Positions 28,278 to 36,716 of a DNA stretch of 64,000 bases are shown here, piece after piece (positions within the stretch are counted from its first letter, which is position 1; every line of letters begins with the position of its first letter). The stretch is from Candidatus Eiseniibacteriota bacterium (GTDB lineage: Bacteria; Eisenbacteria; RBG-16-71-46; CAZAMP01). Location of the stretch: contig OZ245046.1 of assembly GCA_965224245.1 (NCBI GenBank), positions 1,248,001 to 1,312,000 on the forward strand, given 5' to 3'. Under the pieces are notes generated by a model. It saw only the letters and a program-made list of their open reading frames with translations. It searched no databases and had not been told where the DNA came from. Position numbers and translations under genes: made by a program.

Positions 28278-30475
28278 TCCCGGTCGGGCTGGCACTGTCG
28301 GTCGTGCTCTCGACCGCGTTCGTCACCGACGCGGGTGCCCAGTACGGCTGGACCCGCGAGCTCTACGCGAACACGATCTCCGACGTCGCGGCGTCGGGCG
28401 ATCACCTCTACTGGGCGACCAGCGCGGGCCTGGTGGAGCTCGGGCTCACCGACGCCTCGATCACCATCCATCGCCGGTCGCTCCGTACGCTTCCGACCGA
28501 CACCCTGACCGCGGTGGCCGCCGACGCCGACGGCAACATCTGGTGCGGCACCGACGGTTACGGTCTGGCCATCCGCACCCCGGGTGGTCAGTGGCGGCGC
28601 CTCTCGACGTTCGACGGGCTCCCGAACGCGCGTGTCCTGTCGCTGGAGCCGGTGGGCGATCAGATGCGGATCGGCACCGCCGAGGGCTTCGTGACGATCA
28701 CGGGTATCGTGGATCCGCTGGTGTCCGAGAGCTGCACCGTGCTCGACCCCTGCGTGGACGAGCTGCCCAGCCTGACCATCCAGGCGATCCTGGATCGCGT
28801 CTCGGAAGTCTGGTACGGCACCTCGGCCGGGCCGGTGCGCGCCGTCGACGATGGCGGGGGACTCACGCTGACCCCGGTTCTCGGCGGGCTCTCGAGCCTC
28901 AACATCCGGTCGTTCGCGGAGTACGACGGCGAGGTGTGGGTGGCCACGGACGACGGCGCGTATCGCGCGAATGCGGCGGGGACGGGCTGGATCGCGACCA
29001 GCGGCCTCACCGATGCGCGCGACCTGCTCGCCGTCGACGGGCGTCTTCTGTGCACCTCGCCGAACCCGGCCACCGGTCGCGGCGTCTACGAGTGGAACGG
29101 CTCGGGCTGGACGCGACTGGGCTCCACGTTCGGGAATGCCGCGAGACCGATCGCGCTCGCGTCGGCCGGCGACGGCTCCATCTGGGTCGGCACGACCGCG
29201 GGTGTGCGGCGGCTCTCCGGCTCGAACTGGGGATCGGTGATCGCCGCCGACGGGCTGCCGCTGGCCGGCCGGCCGTGGTCCATCGCCACCGGCGACGACG
29301 AGACGTGGATGGGCTACTTCGACGTGAGCGCCGCCGCGCTCCGCACGTCGGCGGGCTGGGTCGGCGTCACCGACACCTCGACCGACGACGGCTTCGAGCG
29401 CCGCCCCGTGCAGGCCATCAGCGTCGATCCGACCGGCGCCACCTGGTTCGCCCACTGCTGCTGCTCGGGCGGCGGATGCTTCGTCGATCGCGTCGACGCG
29501 TCGCTCGAGAACTGGATCCACGTACCGGTCAAGAACGCGCGAGCCTTCGCGCACGGACGGAGCTACACGTTCATCGGCTCCGGCGCCGAGGACGAATCCG
29601 TCGCGGGGGCGGGACTGGCGATCTGGGCCCCGCCGTTCGGTCCGGACTCGGTTCAGGTGGTCACCGCCGAGACGTCGAACCTGACCAGCAACACGATCAG
29701 CGCGCTGGCGATGGACGACGCCGGACGTCTCTGGGTCGGCCACCGGCAGAACGGCATCGATCGGTTCACGATCGCCGGCGACCCGACCGACGGTGACTTC
29801 GACGCGACACCGGTTCGGTACGTGGCCCCGGCTCTTCCGTCGAACAGCGTGTTCGCGCTGGCCGCCGACGGCGCCCGCATGTGGGCGGGCACGTTCCAGG
29901 GGCTCGCGCTCTTCGACGAGGGGGAGCTCATCGGGACGTGGGGGGCCTTCGAGCTGGGCAGTCCACTCGTGCGAGCGATCGCGATCGCGTCGGACCGAAG
30001 CGCGTGGGTGGCGACCGACGCCGGTCTCGTGCGCATGCGACCGAATGCGCTCGGGACGTACGACGTCGAGCGATACCGATTCCCCGATCTCTCCAACGAC
30101 CGCGTGCTCGGGGTCGCCACCCGCGGGCTCGACGTCTGGGTGGCCACCGACAACGGCGTCACGATCGGACGGCCGTCCGGCGGCTCCGGCGGGTCGTCAC
30201 CGTCGACGCTCGCCGGGAGCGTGTACCCGAACCCGTTCCGCGGCGATCTCCACGACGGCATCCGTCTCGCCGACGTGTCGGTGCCGGTCAGCGGCGAGGT
30301 GTATGACGCCGCCGGCGGCCTGGTGGCCACGTTCCGGGACATCGCGCCCGGCGCGATGGTGTGGAACGGACGCGTCGGCGGGGCGGACGGCCAGCTCGCC
30401 GCGCCCGGCCTCTACGTGGTCGTGGCCCGGTCCGGCGACCATCACCTCCGCGCGCGAGTCGCCGTCATCGACTGA
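28274..30475 (+). CDS. Secreted beta-propeller protein (PorZ-like, two-component regulator propeller repeats) with a C-terminal FlgD-Ig/T9SS-type domain; start uncertain
   Basis: Signal-like LIPVGLALSVVLSTAFVTDAGA; propeller repeats (GLPNARV, LTSNTISALAMDDAGRLWVG, LPSNSV, LSNDRV); VYPNPF..VYDAAG.LV..WNG..APGLYVV at the C-terminus. No clear ATG; the track start is 28061. Confidence 0.8.
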   Translation: MIPVGLALSVVLSTAFVTDAGAQYGWTRELYANTISDVAASGDHLYWATSAGLVELGLTDASITIHRRSLRTLPTDTLTAVAADADGNIWCGTDGYGLAIRTPGGQWRRLSTFDGLPNARVLSLEPVGDQMRIGTAEGFVTITGIVDPLVSESCTVLDPCVDELPSLTIQAILDRVSEVWYGTSAGPVRAVDDGGGLTLTPVLGGLSSLNIRSFAEYDGEVWVATDDGAYRANAAGTGWIATSGLTDARDLLAVDGRLLCTSPNPATGRGVYEWNGSGWTRLGSTFGNAARPIALASAGDGSIWVGTTAGVRRLSGSNWGSVIAADGLPLAGRPWSIATGDDETWMGYFDVSAAALRTSAGWVGVTDTSTDDGFERRPVQAISVDPTGATWFAHCCCSGGGCFVDRVDASLENWIHVPVKNARAFAHGRSYTFIGSGAEDESVAGAGLAIWAPPFGPDSVQVVTAETSNLTSNTISALAMDDAGRLWVGHRQNGIDRFTIAGDPTDGDFDATPVRYVAPALPSNSVFALAADGARMWAGTFQGLALFDEGELIGTWGAFELGSPLVRAIAIASDRSAWVATDAGLVRMRPNALGTYDVERYRFPDLSNDRVLGVATRGLDVWVATDNGVTIGRPSGGSGGSSPSTLAGSVYPNPFRGDLHDGIRLADVSVPVSGEVYDAAGGLVATFRDIAPGAMVWNGRVGGADGQLAAPGLYVVVARSGDHHLRARVAVID

Positions 30476-30669
30476 CACACCCGATCCGACGCCGCCTGAC
30501 GCCCCGGAGCGACCGCACGGTCGTCTCCTCCGCCCGGCATCTCTCTGCCTCCATGGGTGGTGTGGGCACGGCACGTGCGTGATCCATACTGACAACTTCA
30601 TTTGACGAAAGACACGTCATCCGCAGGCGGCGCACGGGGTCGTGTCGCGGTCGATCGACGTATCAACGC

Positions 30670-30698
30670 TTGCTTGATGGCATCAAGAGGAGTAAAGT
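30670..30698 (+). promoter_or_regulatory. sigma70 promoter of the dcw operon
   Basis: TTGCTT-17 nt-TAAAGT upstream of mraZ. Confidence 0.55.
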
Positions 30699-30731
30699 GG
30701 GGCCTTGTGGGGATAGATGGTGCAGAATGGG
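30697..30731 (+). promoter_or_regulatory. MraZ-binding direct repeats (dcw boxes)
   Basis: GTGGG, GTGGG, ATGGT, ATGGG at 30697, 30707, 30717 and 30727, an exact 10-bp period directly upstream of mraZ. Confidence 0.8.
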
Positions 30732-30764
30732 GGAACAGAGGGCGACGAGCCGACGCGGGCGACG

Positions 30765-31289
30765 ATGCGATACCTCTTTGGCACGTACCAGCATACGATC
30801 GATCCCAAGGGTCGCCTGGCGATTCCCCAGCGTCTGAGGGACCGCCTGATCGATGGTGACCGGCGGACGCTGACGATCCTCGAGGGCTTCGAGGGCTGCC
30901 TGTTCTGCTACGCGTCCCGCGAGTTCGAGAAGATCCTCGACCAGCTCCACGAGCAGTCCTTCGACAACCAGGAGATCCGCGAGCTCCTGCGCTGGCTGTC
31001 GGCGCACGGCTCCGAGGTCGACATGGATGCCCAGGGCCGCATCGCGCTGACCGAGGAGCAACGGCGCGTCGCCGGGCTTTCCCGCGAGGGACTCCTGATC
31101 GGCGCGGGCGTCCGGCTGGAGATCTGGTCGCCCGAACGCTTCGCCGCGCGCCCGAACAAGTCCAACGGGGCGTCGCTGGCCGAGGGCGTCCTCGGTGGCT
31201 TCGTCGCCCCCCGCCATGGAGAGACTCGACCGACCGATGCCGGAGCGCGCGTGTCGCCCTCCGAGCCCGGCCACGACGTCACGCACTGA
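30765..31289 (+). CDS. mraZ: Division/cell-wall cluster transcriptional repressor MraZ
   Basis: GTYQHTIDPKGRLAIP, EGCL, DAQGRI, IGAG.RLEIWS. Confidence 0.93.
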   Translation: MRYLFGTYQHTIDPKGRLAIPQRLRDRLIDGDRRTLTILEGFEGCLFCYASREFEKILDQLHEQSFDNQEIRELLRWLSAHGSEVDMDAQGRIALTEEQRRVAGLSREGLLIGAGVRLEIWSPERFAARPNKSNGASLAEGVLGGFVAPRHGETRPTDAGARVSPSEPGHDVTH

Positions 31290-31364
31290 CGCACACGACG
31301 TCACCCGCGCATCGGCGCGGAGACATCAGTGACCCGCACTCCGGTGCGGCAAGGAGGAGAGAAC

Positions 31365-31715
31365 GTGACCCCCGACCACGTCGACTCCGCCCGAAGTGTC
31401 GTCTGGCACCTTCGTGGCACGCTGGATGCGACCGAGATCGAGCACCTCGAGCGACTGCTCGACGACGTTGCCCTGTTCGGTGCCGGCTCCGTTCTGCTCG
31501 ACCTCGCCGCGGTCACGCACGCCGACTTCCGCGCACTGCGCGCGTTGTTCGGCGTCGTCGAGAAGCTCGAGCGCCGCGGCCTCAACGTGCGATCGGTCAA
31601 CGCGACCCCCTACGTGCGCGATCTCTTCCGTGTCGCCTACCGCGGGCTGGGATCGGGACTGATTCCGGACGGTCGACGTCCGGCAGCTCCGGTACGTCTC
31701 GCCGACGCGTCGTAG
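31365..31715 (+). CDS. STAS-domain protein
   Basis: AAGGAGG RBS; HLRGTLDA..VLLDLAAVTHAD..L..V..TPYVRDLFRV. Confidence 0.75.
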   Translation: MTPDHVDSARSVVWHLRGTLDATEIEHLERLLDDVALFGAGSVLLDLAAVTHADFRALRALFGVVEKLERRGLNVRSVNATPYVRDLFRVAYRGLGSGLIPDGRRPAAPVRLADAS

Positions 31716-31720
31716 CGGGG

Positions 31721-32659
31721 ATGAGCGATCACGTTCCGGTGATGGTCGACGAGGTGTGCCGGCTCCTCGTCACACGCCCGGACGCCACGATCGTGGACTT
31801 GAACGTGGGAGGCGGCGGGCACGCCGAGGCGATCTGTCGGGTGCTCGGCTCCGGCGACTTCCGCTACGTCGGACTGGATCTGGATGCGCGGGCCCTCGAC
31901 CGCACGCGGGAGCGGCTGCGGGCGTTCGGGAATCGCGTGACTCTGGTGGAGCGTAATCACCGCGAGCTGGTGGCGGTGCTCGAGGAGCTGGGTATGAGCG
32001 CGGTCTCGGGAATCCTGTTCGATCTCGGCTTCTCGTCGATCCAGCTCGACGATGCCGAGCGCGGGTTCTCCTTCGATGCCGACGGACCGCTCGACATGCG
32101 TTACTCCACCGCCGCGCGCTCGGCCGAGGCGCTCGTCGCCACCGCGTCCGCACACGAGCTGACGACGCTCTTCAAACGATATGGCGACCTACGGGGGGCG
32201 GGCAAGCTGGCCGCGGCGATCGTGTCCGCCCGGAACGGCGCACCGCTTCGAACGACCGGCGAGCTCTGCAAGCTGGTCGACGTGACGTTGCGCCCGCCCT
32301 TCGTACGTCGCCGAAAGGTGCTCTCGCAGGTCTTCCAGGCCATCCGTGTCGCGGTCAACGACGAGGTGGAGTCGTTCCGCGACGCGCTCTCTTCCTGCCA
32401 CGCGAGCCTCGCCCGGGGCGGTGTGCTCTGTGTGCTCGCCTACGAGTCCGTCACCGATCGCATCGCGAAGCTCGCGTTTCGCGAGGACGGTGACAAGGAC
32501 GTCTACGGCAACCCGATCGAGCCCCTCCGGTGGGAGCGTCTGACCCGGGGCGCGCTACGTCCCAGCGAGCGCGAGGTCGCCGCGAACCCGCGTGCCCGCA
32601 GCGCGCGCCTGCGCGCGGCGCGCAAGCGGCCCACCGCCGGGGAGGAGCGGCGCACATGA
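31721..32659 (+). CDS. rsmH: 16S rRNA m4C1402 methyltransferase
   Basis: HVPVM, GGGGHA, DLGFSS.QLD..RGFSF..DGPLDMR, FQAIRVAVN.E, NPRARSARLR. Confidence 0.93.
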   Translation: MSDHVPVMVDEVCRLLVTRPDATIVDLNVGGGGHAEAICRVLGSGDFRYVGLDLDARALDRTRERLRAFGNRVTLVERNHRELVAVLEELGMSAVSGILFDLGFSSIQLDDAERGFSFDADGPLDMRYSTAARSAEALVATASAHELTTLFKRYGDLRGAGKLAAAIVSARNGAPLRTTGELCKLVDVTLRPPFVRRRKVLSQVFQAIRVAVNDEVESFRDALSSCHASLARGGVLCVLAYESVTDRIAKLAFREDGDKDVYGNPIEPLRWERLTRGALRPSEREVAANPRARSARLRAARKRPTAGEERRT

Positions 32660-32997
32660 CACCGAATCAGTACCTCCGGCGCCCGCTTCACCGGGAGTCG
32701 GCGCCGTCACGCTGGAAGCGGACGATGCTCGCGGCGGTGGTCGTGTTGCTCGTGTTCGGGATCGTGGACACGTTCGGCAGCGTGCAGGTGACCACGCTCA
32801 CCCGCGACATCGCACGCAGCAAGAAGCGCCTGACCGAGTGTGAGAGCGAGCTCAGCTATTTCCTCGAGCGGCACGAGCACGAGCTCGGCCGCGAGGTCGT
32901 GTTGGATCGGATGGGCCGTCGCGACGGATTCGTGACGCCCGACTCGGGGTGCGTGGTTCTGGTGTCGCTGATCTCCGATCAGGACACCTCTCGCTGA
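32656..32997 (+). CDS. ftsL: Cell division protein FtsL-like
   Basis: Short cytoplasmic N-terminus, one TM helix and a coiled coil; lies between rsmH and ftsI. Confidence 0.65.
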   Translation: MTPNQYLRRPLHRESAPSRWKRTMLAAVVVLLVFGIVDTFGSVQVTTLTRDIARSKKRLTECESELSYFLERHEHELGREVVLDRMGRRDGFVTPDSGCVVLVSLISDQDTSR

Positions 32998-33021
32998 CGG
33001 ATCAGCGTGGGGAGAGAAGCA

Positions 33022-35187
33022 ATGATCGTCTCGGGAGATCGTGCGCGTCGCTCGACGACGTCCAGGACCCCGGCGAGTCCGGCTCGCGCCACGCGGCTGG
33101 CCATCGTCGGTGCGCTGTTCATCCTCGCCCTGGGCGCGCTGGTCGCACGGCTGATGGCGGTCCAGGTCGTCGACCACGACAGGCTCGCCGGCATGGCGGC
33201 GAAGAGCCAGTACCGCCGCATCCACCTGGAGCCGCCGCGCGGCCGGGTCGTGGACCGTCACGGCACCCTGCTCGCATTCTCGACGGACAACATCTCGCTC
33301 TCGGCGCGCCGCGAGCGAGTCGCCGACCCCGACGCCGTCGCCGACTCGCTGGCCACCCTCGGCGTGTCACGCCGGGGCACCCTCCAGAAGCTCGAGCCGG
33401 ACTCGGGCTACGTCTGGCTGACGCGAACGCTCCTGCCCGAGGGGCGCGCGCGCTCGCTGGCCGCGAGCCTCGAGGGCGTCCAGGCGGAGCGCGAGCGCAA
33501 GCGCATCACGCCCCAGGGGCCGCTCGCGCGCGAGATCGTGGGCCGCTGGTCCGAGGACCCCGACCTTCTTTGCGGCATCGAGCGGCGCTTCGACGAGCGG
33601 CTGCGCGGGGAGAGCGGCTGGGAGTGGACGGTTCTGGACGCGGTGGGCAATCGCTACGTCACGACGACCCGATGCGATCCCGTGGCCGGCTGGGACGTCG
33701 TCCTGACCCTGGACGCACGCATCCAGGAGATCGCCGAGCTCGCGCTGGCCGACGCCGTGGCCGAGCACGGTGCGCGCGGGGGGGTGATCGTCGTCGTGGA
33801 TCCGCACGACGGGGACATCCTGGCCATGGCCAGCCTGGGACGGGCCGGTGAGCGGAGCTTCTCGAACCGGGCCGTCACCGAACCCATCGAGATCGGGAGC
33901 TGCGCGAAGGTCGTGACGGCGGTGGCCGCGCTCGAGTACGGCGTCGCCGACACCTCACGCGCGTTCTACTGTGGCATCCTTCCCGACGAGGAGAACCCGC
34001 CGACCGTCGAGGACGATCACGGCGAGGCCGAGTACCTGTCGTTCCGGCGGATCATCGTGGAGAGCCGGAACATCGGAACGGCGCGCATCGCACGGCTTCT
34101 CGGGGCCGAGCGTCTGCACGCGATGCTCGATGTCTACGGCTTCGGATCGCGCACGGGCATCGAGCTCCCCGGCGAGTCCGCCGGCCTGGTTCGCCGCGTC
34201 GAGGACTGGTCGGGCGTGTCGGTCGACGCGGTGTCGATCGGCTACGAGTTCTCGGCCACGCCGCTCCAGTGGAGCATGGCTTATGCCGCGGTGGCGAACG
34301 GTGGGCGGCTGCTCCGCCCGCGGATCGTGCGCGAGCTGGTGGCGCCCGATGGGTCGCGGCGCACCGAGAGCGGACCGGAGGTCGTCCGCGAGGTCATGAG
34401 CGAGGAGACCGCGAGAACGCTGCGCCACGTGTTCCGTGACGTCACGAAGGCCGGCGGAACGGGGCGATCGGCCGACGTCCCCTGGCTCGACGTGGCCGGC
34501 AAGACCGGCACCGCGCGCAAGTGGGACGCCGAGGCCGGGACGTACTCCCACCGCCGCCACATCGCCTCGTTCGTGGGTTTCGCGCCCTGGGACGAGCCCC
34601 GCTACGTCTGCGCGGTCGTGATCGACGAGCCCGCCGGGGCGCACTACTACGGCGGCGACGTGTCGGCGCCGGTCTTCCGTCGCGTCATCGAGCAGATCGC
34701 GGCCGTGTATCCCGAGACGCTCCGCGGCGACGCCGAGCATCTCCGGGTGCGCGTCGTGCCGGACGAACCGGCGATCGGTTCGAACGACGCGCTGGCGGCG
34801 CCCGGGCACGCCTCCGAGCCTCACGGGGTGCCCGATCTGCGCGGCATGGCGGTGGCGCCCGCGGAGCGTCTCGCTCGTCGCCGGGGTTACGAGGTCGAGC
34901 GGGAAGGCGCCGGGGATCGCGTTCTCGACCAGCGCCCGCTTCCCGGAGAGGATCCGGCGGCGTCGATCCTGCTCGTCACCGATACCCTCGCCGAGAGCGT
35001 GCGCGTCCCCGATCTGACGGGACTCTCGTTCCGCCGGGCGCTCGCGACGTTGAGTGCGGTCGGGCTCTCCGCCACGCGACAGGGGGTCGGCACCGTGCGC
35101 GCGCAGCGTCCCCCTGCGGGCACCGACACGGCTCGCGGCGCGGTGGTGGCGTTGACGCTCGATCCGGAGAACTGGGGACGGCGATGA
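33022..35187 (+). CDS. ftsI: Class B penicillin-binding protein FtsI with C-terminal PASTA domains
   Basis: RGRVVDRHG, SxxK (SCAK), SxN (SRN), KTG motifs; VPDLRG/VPDLTG PASTA starts. Confidence 0.92.
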   Translation: MIVSGDRARRSTTSRTPASPARATRLAIVGALFILALGALVARLMAVQVVDHDRLAGMAAKSQYRRIHLEPPRGRVVDRHGTLLAFSTDNISLSARRERVADPDAVADSLATLGVSRRGTLQKLEPDSGYVWLTRTLLPEGRARSLAASLEGVQAERERKRITPQGPLAREIVGRWSEDPDLLCGIERRFDERLRGESGWEWTVLDAVGNRYVTTTRCDPVAGWDVVLTLDARIQEIAELALADAVAEHGARGGVIVVVDPHDGDILAMASLGRAGERSFSNRAVTEPIEIGSCAKVVTAVAALEYGVADTSRAFYCGILPDEENPPTVEDDHGEAEYLSFRRIIVESRNIGTARIARLLGAERLHAMLDVYGFGSRTGIELPGESAGLVRRVEDWSGVSVDAVSIGYEFSATPLQWSMAYAAVANGGRLLRPRIVRELVAPDGSRRTESGPEVVREVMSEETARTLRHVFRDVTKAGGTGRSADVPWLDVAGKTGTARKWDAEAGTYSHRRHIASFVGFAPWDEPRYVCAVVIDEPAGAHYYGGDVSAPVFRRVIEQIAAVYPETLRGDAEHLRVRVVPDEPAIGSNDALAAPGHASEPHGVPDLRGMAVAPAERLARRRGYEVEREGAGDRVLDQRPLPGEDPAASILLVTDTLAESVRVPDLTGLSFRRALATLSAVGLSATRQGVGTVRAQRPPAGTDTARGAVVALTLDPENWGRR

Positions 35188-36716
35188 AGACATTGTCGGC
35201 GCTGGTGCTCGGACTGTCCGAGGACCGGGCCGCCGAGGACGTGACCATCACGTCCGTCACCTGTGACTCTCGCGAGGCTCGCGGCGGCACGCTGATGGTC
35301 TGCGTCCCGGGAGCCGAGGTCGACGGCCATCGATTCGCCGAGAGCGCCGTCCGCGCCGGCGCGGCGGCGCTCGTCGTCGAGCGGCCACTGGCTGGGCTCT
35401 CCGTCCCGCAGGTCCGCGTGGCCGACGCCCGCTCCGCACTGGGGACGATCGCGGCTCGCTTCCACGATCACCCGTCCACCGAGCTCGACGTCGTCGGCGT
35501 GACCGGCACCAACGGCAAGACGACGATCGTCGCCATGGGGGCGGCCATCGGCCGGAGCGCGGGATGGAGCCCCGGAACGATCGGGACGCTCGGGATCCTC
35601 GATCCCGCCGACGGCGCCGCGCGGCGCTCCGCGCTCAACACGACCCCCGGCAGCGACGTCTTCCAGCGTGCGCTGCGCGACTTCGTCACCGAGGGCGCGA
35701 GGGCCGCGTTCGTGGAGGTCTCCTCACATGCGCTGGCGATGCATCGCGTGCGGGGGACCGACTTCCGGGTCGCCGTGTTCTCGAACCTCTCGCGCGATCA
35801 CCTCGACTTTCACGGCACGATGGACGACTACGAGGCGGCCAAGGCCCGGCTCTTCCGGACCCGGGAATGGGGGCTCGACGAGACCGGTGCGAGCGTTCGC
35901 TCCCGGGTGGCGGTGCTGCCCTCGGACGACGAGGTGGCGGATCGACTGGCGGCCTCGACGGATCTGGAGGTGCTGCGCTACGGGGAGGGACCCGGCGCCG
36001 ACGTGCGGCTGACCGACATCGAGCTGACGCCGTCGGGCTCCCGGGCGCGGCTCCGCATCGGGGTCCGCGTCGTCGACGTGATGGTCCCGATCCCCGGCCG
36101 GTTCAACCTCCGGAACGCCGCGGCGGCCGCGGCCGCGTGCCATGCCGTCGGCGCGAGTCCGAGAGAGATCGTCGATGGGCTCGCGTCCATTCCCACGGTG
36201 CCGGGGCGGCTCGAGCCGGTCGCGATGGGCCAGGGATTCGCGGTCGTGATCGACTTCGCGCACACGGCCGACGCGGTGACCGCGATGCTGTCGGCGGTCC
36301 GGGAGTGGACGCGCGGGCGGGTCCTGCTCGTGATCGGCGCCGGTGGGGACCGGGACCGGGGCAAGCGGCCGGAGATGGGTCGCGCGGCGGTGGCCGGGGC
36401 CGATCTCGTGGTGTTCACGTCCGACAATCCCCGTACCGAGGACCCCGAGGCGATCCTCGATCAGGTCGTCTCGGGAGCCGGTGCCTCCGGCGGCTCGCAC
36501 GGGACCGGGACCTGGACGCGTGTGACCGAACGCGCGGAGGCCGTCCGCGTGGCGATCACGGAAGCGGCCGACGGAGACACGGTCGTGATCGCCGGCAAAG
36601 GACACGAACGGGTTCAGATCGTCGGCACCGAGGCCCATCCCTCCGACGACCGCGATCTGGCCCGGTCCGCGCTGGCCGAGCGCGGGTTCGCCGGCGAGAG
36701 CGAGAGCCGGCCATGA
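35184..36716 (+). CDS. murE: UDP-MurNAc-Ala-Glu--meso-DAP ligase
   Basis: GVTGTNGKTT, EVSSHAL, SRDHLDFH, DFAHT, DNPR (DAP specificity), AGKGHE. Confidence 0.96.
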   Translation: MKTLSALVLGLSEDRAAEDVTITSVTCDSREARGGTLMVCVPGAEVDGHRFAESAVRAGAAALVVERPLAGLSVPQVRVADARSALGTIAARFHDHPSTELDVVGVTGTNGKTTIVAMGAAIGRSAGWSPGTIGTLGILDPADGAARRSALNTTPGSDVFQRALRDFVTEGARAAFVEVSSHALAMHRVRGTDFRVAVFSNLSRDHLDFHGTMDDYEAAKARLFRTREWGLDETGASVRSRVAVLPSDDEVADRLAASTDLEVLRYGEGPGADVRLTDIELTPSGSRARLRIGVRVVDVMVPIPGRFNLRNAAAAAAACHAVGASPREIVDGLASIPTVPGRLEPVAMGQGFAVVIDFAHTADAVTAMLSAVREWTRGRVLLVIGAGGDRDRGKRPEMGRAAVAGADLVVFTSDNPRTEDPEAILDQVVSGAGASGGSHGTGTWTRVTERAEAVRVAITEAADGDTVVIAGKGHERVQIVGTEAHPSDDRDLARSALAERGFAGESESRP

